Source: Pseudothioglobus sp. nBUS_23 (GTDB taxonomy: Bacteria; Pseudomonadota; Gammaproteobacteria; PS1; Pseudothioglobaceae). Taken from it: a stretch of 32,000 bases of DNA. The notes beneath the pieces are model-generated. The model saw only the letters and a program-made list of their open reading frames with translations, searched no databases and had not been told where the DNA came from. The stretch lies in the NCBI RefSeq assembly GCF_051201565.1, contig NZ_CP179200.1:150001-182000 (forward strand), read 5' to 3'. Position 1 is the first letter of the stretch, and each line of letters opens with the position of its first letter. Positions 29,598 to 32,000 of this stretch are shown in pieces. The translations under genes were made by a program, and so were the position numbers.

Positions 29598-31346
29598 ATG
29601 AAAGACCAATTACAAGATTTACTTAACAAGTGCATTCAGGAGTTAATTTCTAAGGGCACTCTTAATGAGATGCCCTCAAAAATCAGAATCGATCATACGA
29701 AGGATAATAGCCATGGTGATTATGCTACCAATATAGCCTTAATGCTCTCTAAACAGGCAAAAATGAGCCCTGTCGAATTAGCAAAAATTATTATTGATCA
29801 ATTCGAACAAAAAAGCTTTATTCAGAAAATTGAAATTGCAGGCCCAGGCTTTATTAATTTTTTCATGTCGCAGGAAACAAGCTCGTCAATTGTAAATGAG
29901 ATTATTGACCAAGCTGCTTTATATGGCAGCTCAGAAATTGGTCATGGAAAAAAAGTACTCTTGGAATATGTATCTGCTAACCCTACTGGGCCACTCCATG
30001 TGGGTCATGGGAGGGGAGCTGCGTATGGTGCAACTGTGTCAAACTTGTTAAGAAATGCTGGGTTCCTCGTTGACAATGAGTACTATGTGAATGACGCTGG
30101 TAGGCAGATGGATATTTTAACAGTCAGTATTTATTTGCGCTATTTAACTATTTGTGGAGAAAGTTTGAGGTTCCCCGACAATGGTTATCAAGGCCAGTAT
30201 ATTCATGATATTGCTCAAGTAATTTATGAGGCTAGTGGACAAGAATTCCATCTAAAGTCAGATTTGGTTTTTGAAAATGTATCTAAAGATGGCTCTGAAG
30301 GGGGTGATAAGGAGATACATATCGATCAGTTAATTGAGAGGGCTAAGTCTGTATTGGGAGATCGCTTTAAGGCGGTTTTTAAGGCTGGAATTGAAAGTAT
30401 TTTGGGTGGGATAAAAAATGATTTAGCTGAATTTGGAGTAATTTTTGAAAAATGGTTTTCAGAACAGTCATTGATCGATAGCGGTCTTTCAGAAGCCTGT
30501 ATTTCAAAGCTAAAGGACAGCAAGAACTTGTACGAGAAAGATGGAGCATTATGGTTTAAGACAACAAACTATGGCGATGAAAAAGATCGTGTCGTCGTTC
30601 GTGATAATGGAAACCATACATATTTTGCATCTGATATTGCCTATCACCTTGAAAAACTGGAGAGGGGTTATGACAAAATTATTAATGTCTGGGGTGCAGA
30701 TCATCACGGATATATCCCAAGAGTTAAAGCTTCAATTGAGGCGTTAGGCCACGACCCAAATAAGCTTGAGATTTTGTTAGTCCAGTTTGCAAATCTTTAT
30801 CGCGGTGGGAGTAAGGTTCAAATGTCTACGCGAAGTGGCTCTTTTGTTACACTTGAAGATCTTAGAGCAGAAGTAGGAAATGATGCTGCGCGTTTTTTTT
30901 ATATCCTTAGAAAATCAGAGCAACATATGGACTTTGATTTAGATTTGGCAAAATCTAAAACTAATGAAAATCCTGTTTACTATATTCAATATGCCCATGC
31001 TCGAATTTGTTCGGTTTTTAGGCAGGCAGATGAAAAAGAGATAGAGCTGGATGTTAGCCAGACAAATTTAGCACTACTTACTGAAGAGATTGAAAAGGAT
31101 CTCTTAAGAGAGCTGAGTCGATTTAAGAGTGTTTTGGAATCATCAGCGATTCAATATGAGCCTCATCAGTTAGCTTATTACCTCAGAGATCTCTCTAATC
31201 ATTTTCATAGTTACTATAATGCCTGCAAGTTTATCGTTGATGATAAAAATCTAACGCAAGCGAGATTGGCACTGATCAGTGCTACACAGCAAATACTCAA
31301 AAATGGACTTTCAATTCTAGGAGTAGGCGCTCCAGAGTCAATGTGA
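29598..31346 (+). CDS. argS: Arginine--tRNA ligase
   Basis: 582 aa with the class I HIGH-type motif [13 protein letters not shown], an MSTRSG KMSK-like region and a DALR anticodon-binding C-terminus. Confidence 0.96.
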   Translation: MKDQLQDLLNKCIQELISKGTLNEMPSKIRIDHTKDNSHGDYATNIALMLSKQAKMSPVELAKIIIDQFEQKSFIQKIEIAGPGFINFFMSQETSSSIVNEIIDQAALYGSSEIGHGKKVLLEYVSANPTGPLHVGHGRGAAYGATVSNLLRNAGFLVDNEYYVNDAGRQMDILTVSIYLRYLTICGESLRFPDNGYQGQYIHDIAQVIYEASGQEFHLKSDLVFENVSKDGSEGGDKEIHIDQLIERAKSVLGDRFKAVFKAGIESILGGIKNDLAEFGVIFEKWFSEQSLIDSGLSEACISKLKDSKNLYEKDGALWFKTTNYGDEKDRVVVRDNGNHTYFASDIAYHLEKLERGYDKIINVWGADHHGYIPRVKASIEALGHDPNKLEILLVQFANLYRGGSKVQMSTRSGSFVTLEDLRAEVGNDAARFFYILRKSEQHMDFDLDLAKSKTNENPVYYIQYAHARICSVFRQADEKEIELDVSQTNLALLTEEIEKDLLRELSRFKSVLESSAIQYEPHQLAYYLRDLSNHFHSYYNACKFIVDDKNLTQARLALISATQQILKNGLSILGVGAPESM

Positions 31347-32000
31347 ATGATCAAAAACAAAGGGATGACGCATTAAATGTACGCGACTCCTTCATCGTTC
31401 AAGCCCCTGCAGGCTCTGGAAAAACCGAACTTATCTCACAAAGATACTTGAAATTACTCGGCTCTGCCGATGAGCCAGAAAATATATTAGTAATGACTTT
31501 CACGAATAGAGCAGTAGATGAGCTCAAGCATCGAGTCATAAGTTCATTAAATCAAGCTAAAGAAAAACCTCCTATTGAGAAATTTAAAAGAAAAACTTTT
31601 GATCTCGCTACTAAGGCTTTAAACCAATCTCACAAGAGGGGGTGGGACCTTGTCAATCACCCTTCTCGGCTAAAAATAATTACTATCGACTCATTGTCTA
31701 ATCTAATAGTTTCTAGATTCCCCTCTCTTGAGCAATTGATTCCGCCAAGAACTATGGTTGACTCTTTTGAGTACGACATAATTTATCGTCAGGCCGCAGA
31801 AGAGACACTATTGCTTATAGAGGATGATGAGTATCAAAAAATTATTTCATCAGTCTTGCTTTATCTTGACAATGATGTAGAAAGGTTCTATCGACTTGTA
31901 GAGCAAATGCTTAAAAAAAGAGAGCAGTGGCTTCCAAAAATATATGCCAAAGGCGCTTTAGATATTAGTCATATCGAAGATTTTTCTGGTGAATTGATTA
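31343..32000 (+). CDS. UvrD/AddA(RecB)-family ATP-dependent helicase, N-terminal part (truncated by window end)
   Basis: The frame is open from GTG 31343, which overlaps the argS ATG-TGA, to the window end by manual translation. Motifs seen are Walker [12 protein letters not shown] and helicase motif Ia [11 protein letters not shown]. This ORF is absent from the ORF track because it has no stop within the window. Confidence 0.75.
   Translation, partial: MNDQKQRDDALNVRDSFIVQAPAGSGKTELISQRYLKLLGSADEPENILVMTFTNRAVDELKHRVISSLNQAKEKPPIEKFKRKTFDLATKALNQSHKRGWDLVNHPSRLKIITIDSLSNLIVSRFPSLEQLIPPRTMVDSFEYDIIYRQAAEETLLLIEDDEYQKIISSVLLYLDNDVERFYRLVEQMLKKREQWLPKIYAKGALDISHIEDFSGELI

Overview
This is a gene-dense, AT-rich chromosomal segment, about 95% coding by my coordinates. 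Gene content and order suggest a streamlined, probably marine, gamma- or beta-like proteobacterium, but that is inference only. I call 25 CDS, two of them truncated at the window edges, and almost all are core metabolism or housekeeping. The groups are: (1) a C1 module with a non-pyrrolysine MttB-family methyltransferase, fhs, fdhD and a two-subunit NAD-type formate dehydrogenase; (2) ppsA-ppsR on the minus strand; (3) a tkt-gap-pgk-pyk-fba cluster carrying a eukaryote-type class I aldolase; (4) mnmG-rsmG-tatD-rluC-ubiA; (5) dapD and a lone znuC on the minus strand; (6) polA, argS and the 5' end of a UvrD/AddA-like helicase. I found no rRNA, tRNA, CRISPR array, IS element, integrase or recognisable defence or toxin genes. 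The one locus that known families do not explain is 24155-25038, between ubiA and dapD. It holds two tandem paralogous 71/72-aa two-helix hydrophobic proteins, each with its own near-consensus promoter, conserved ~50-nt leader, strong SD and strong intrinsic terminator. The regulatory blocks are better conserved than synonymous codon positions, and phased T-tracts lie upstream. This is my best candidate for something undescribed, but I cannot assign a function from sequence alone. All family assignments rest on motif recognition by eye, since no database search was possible.
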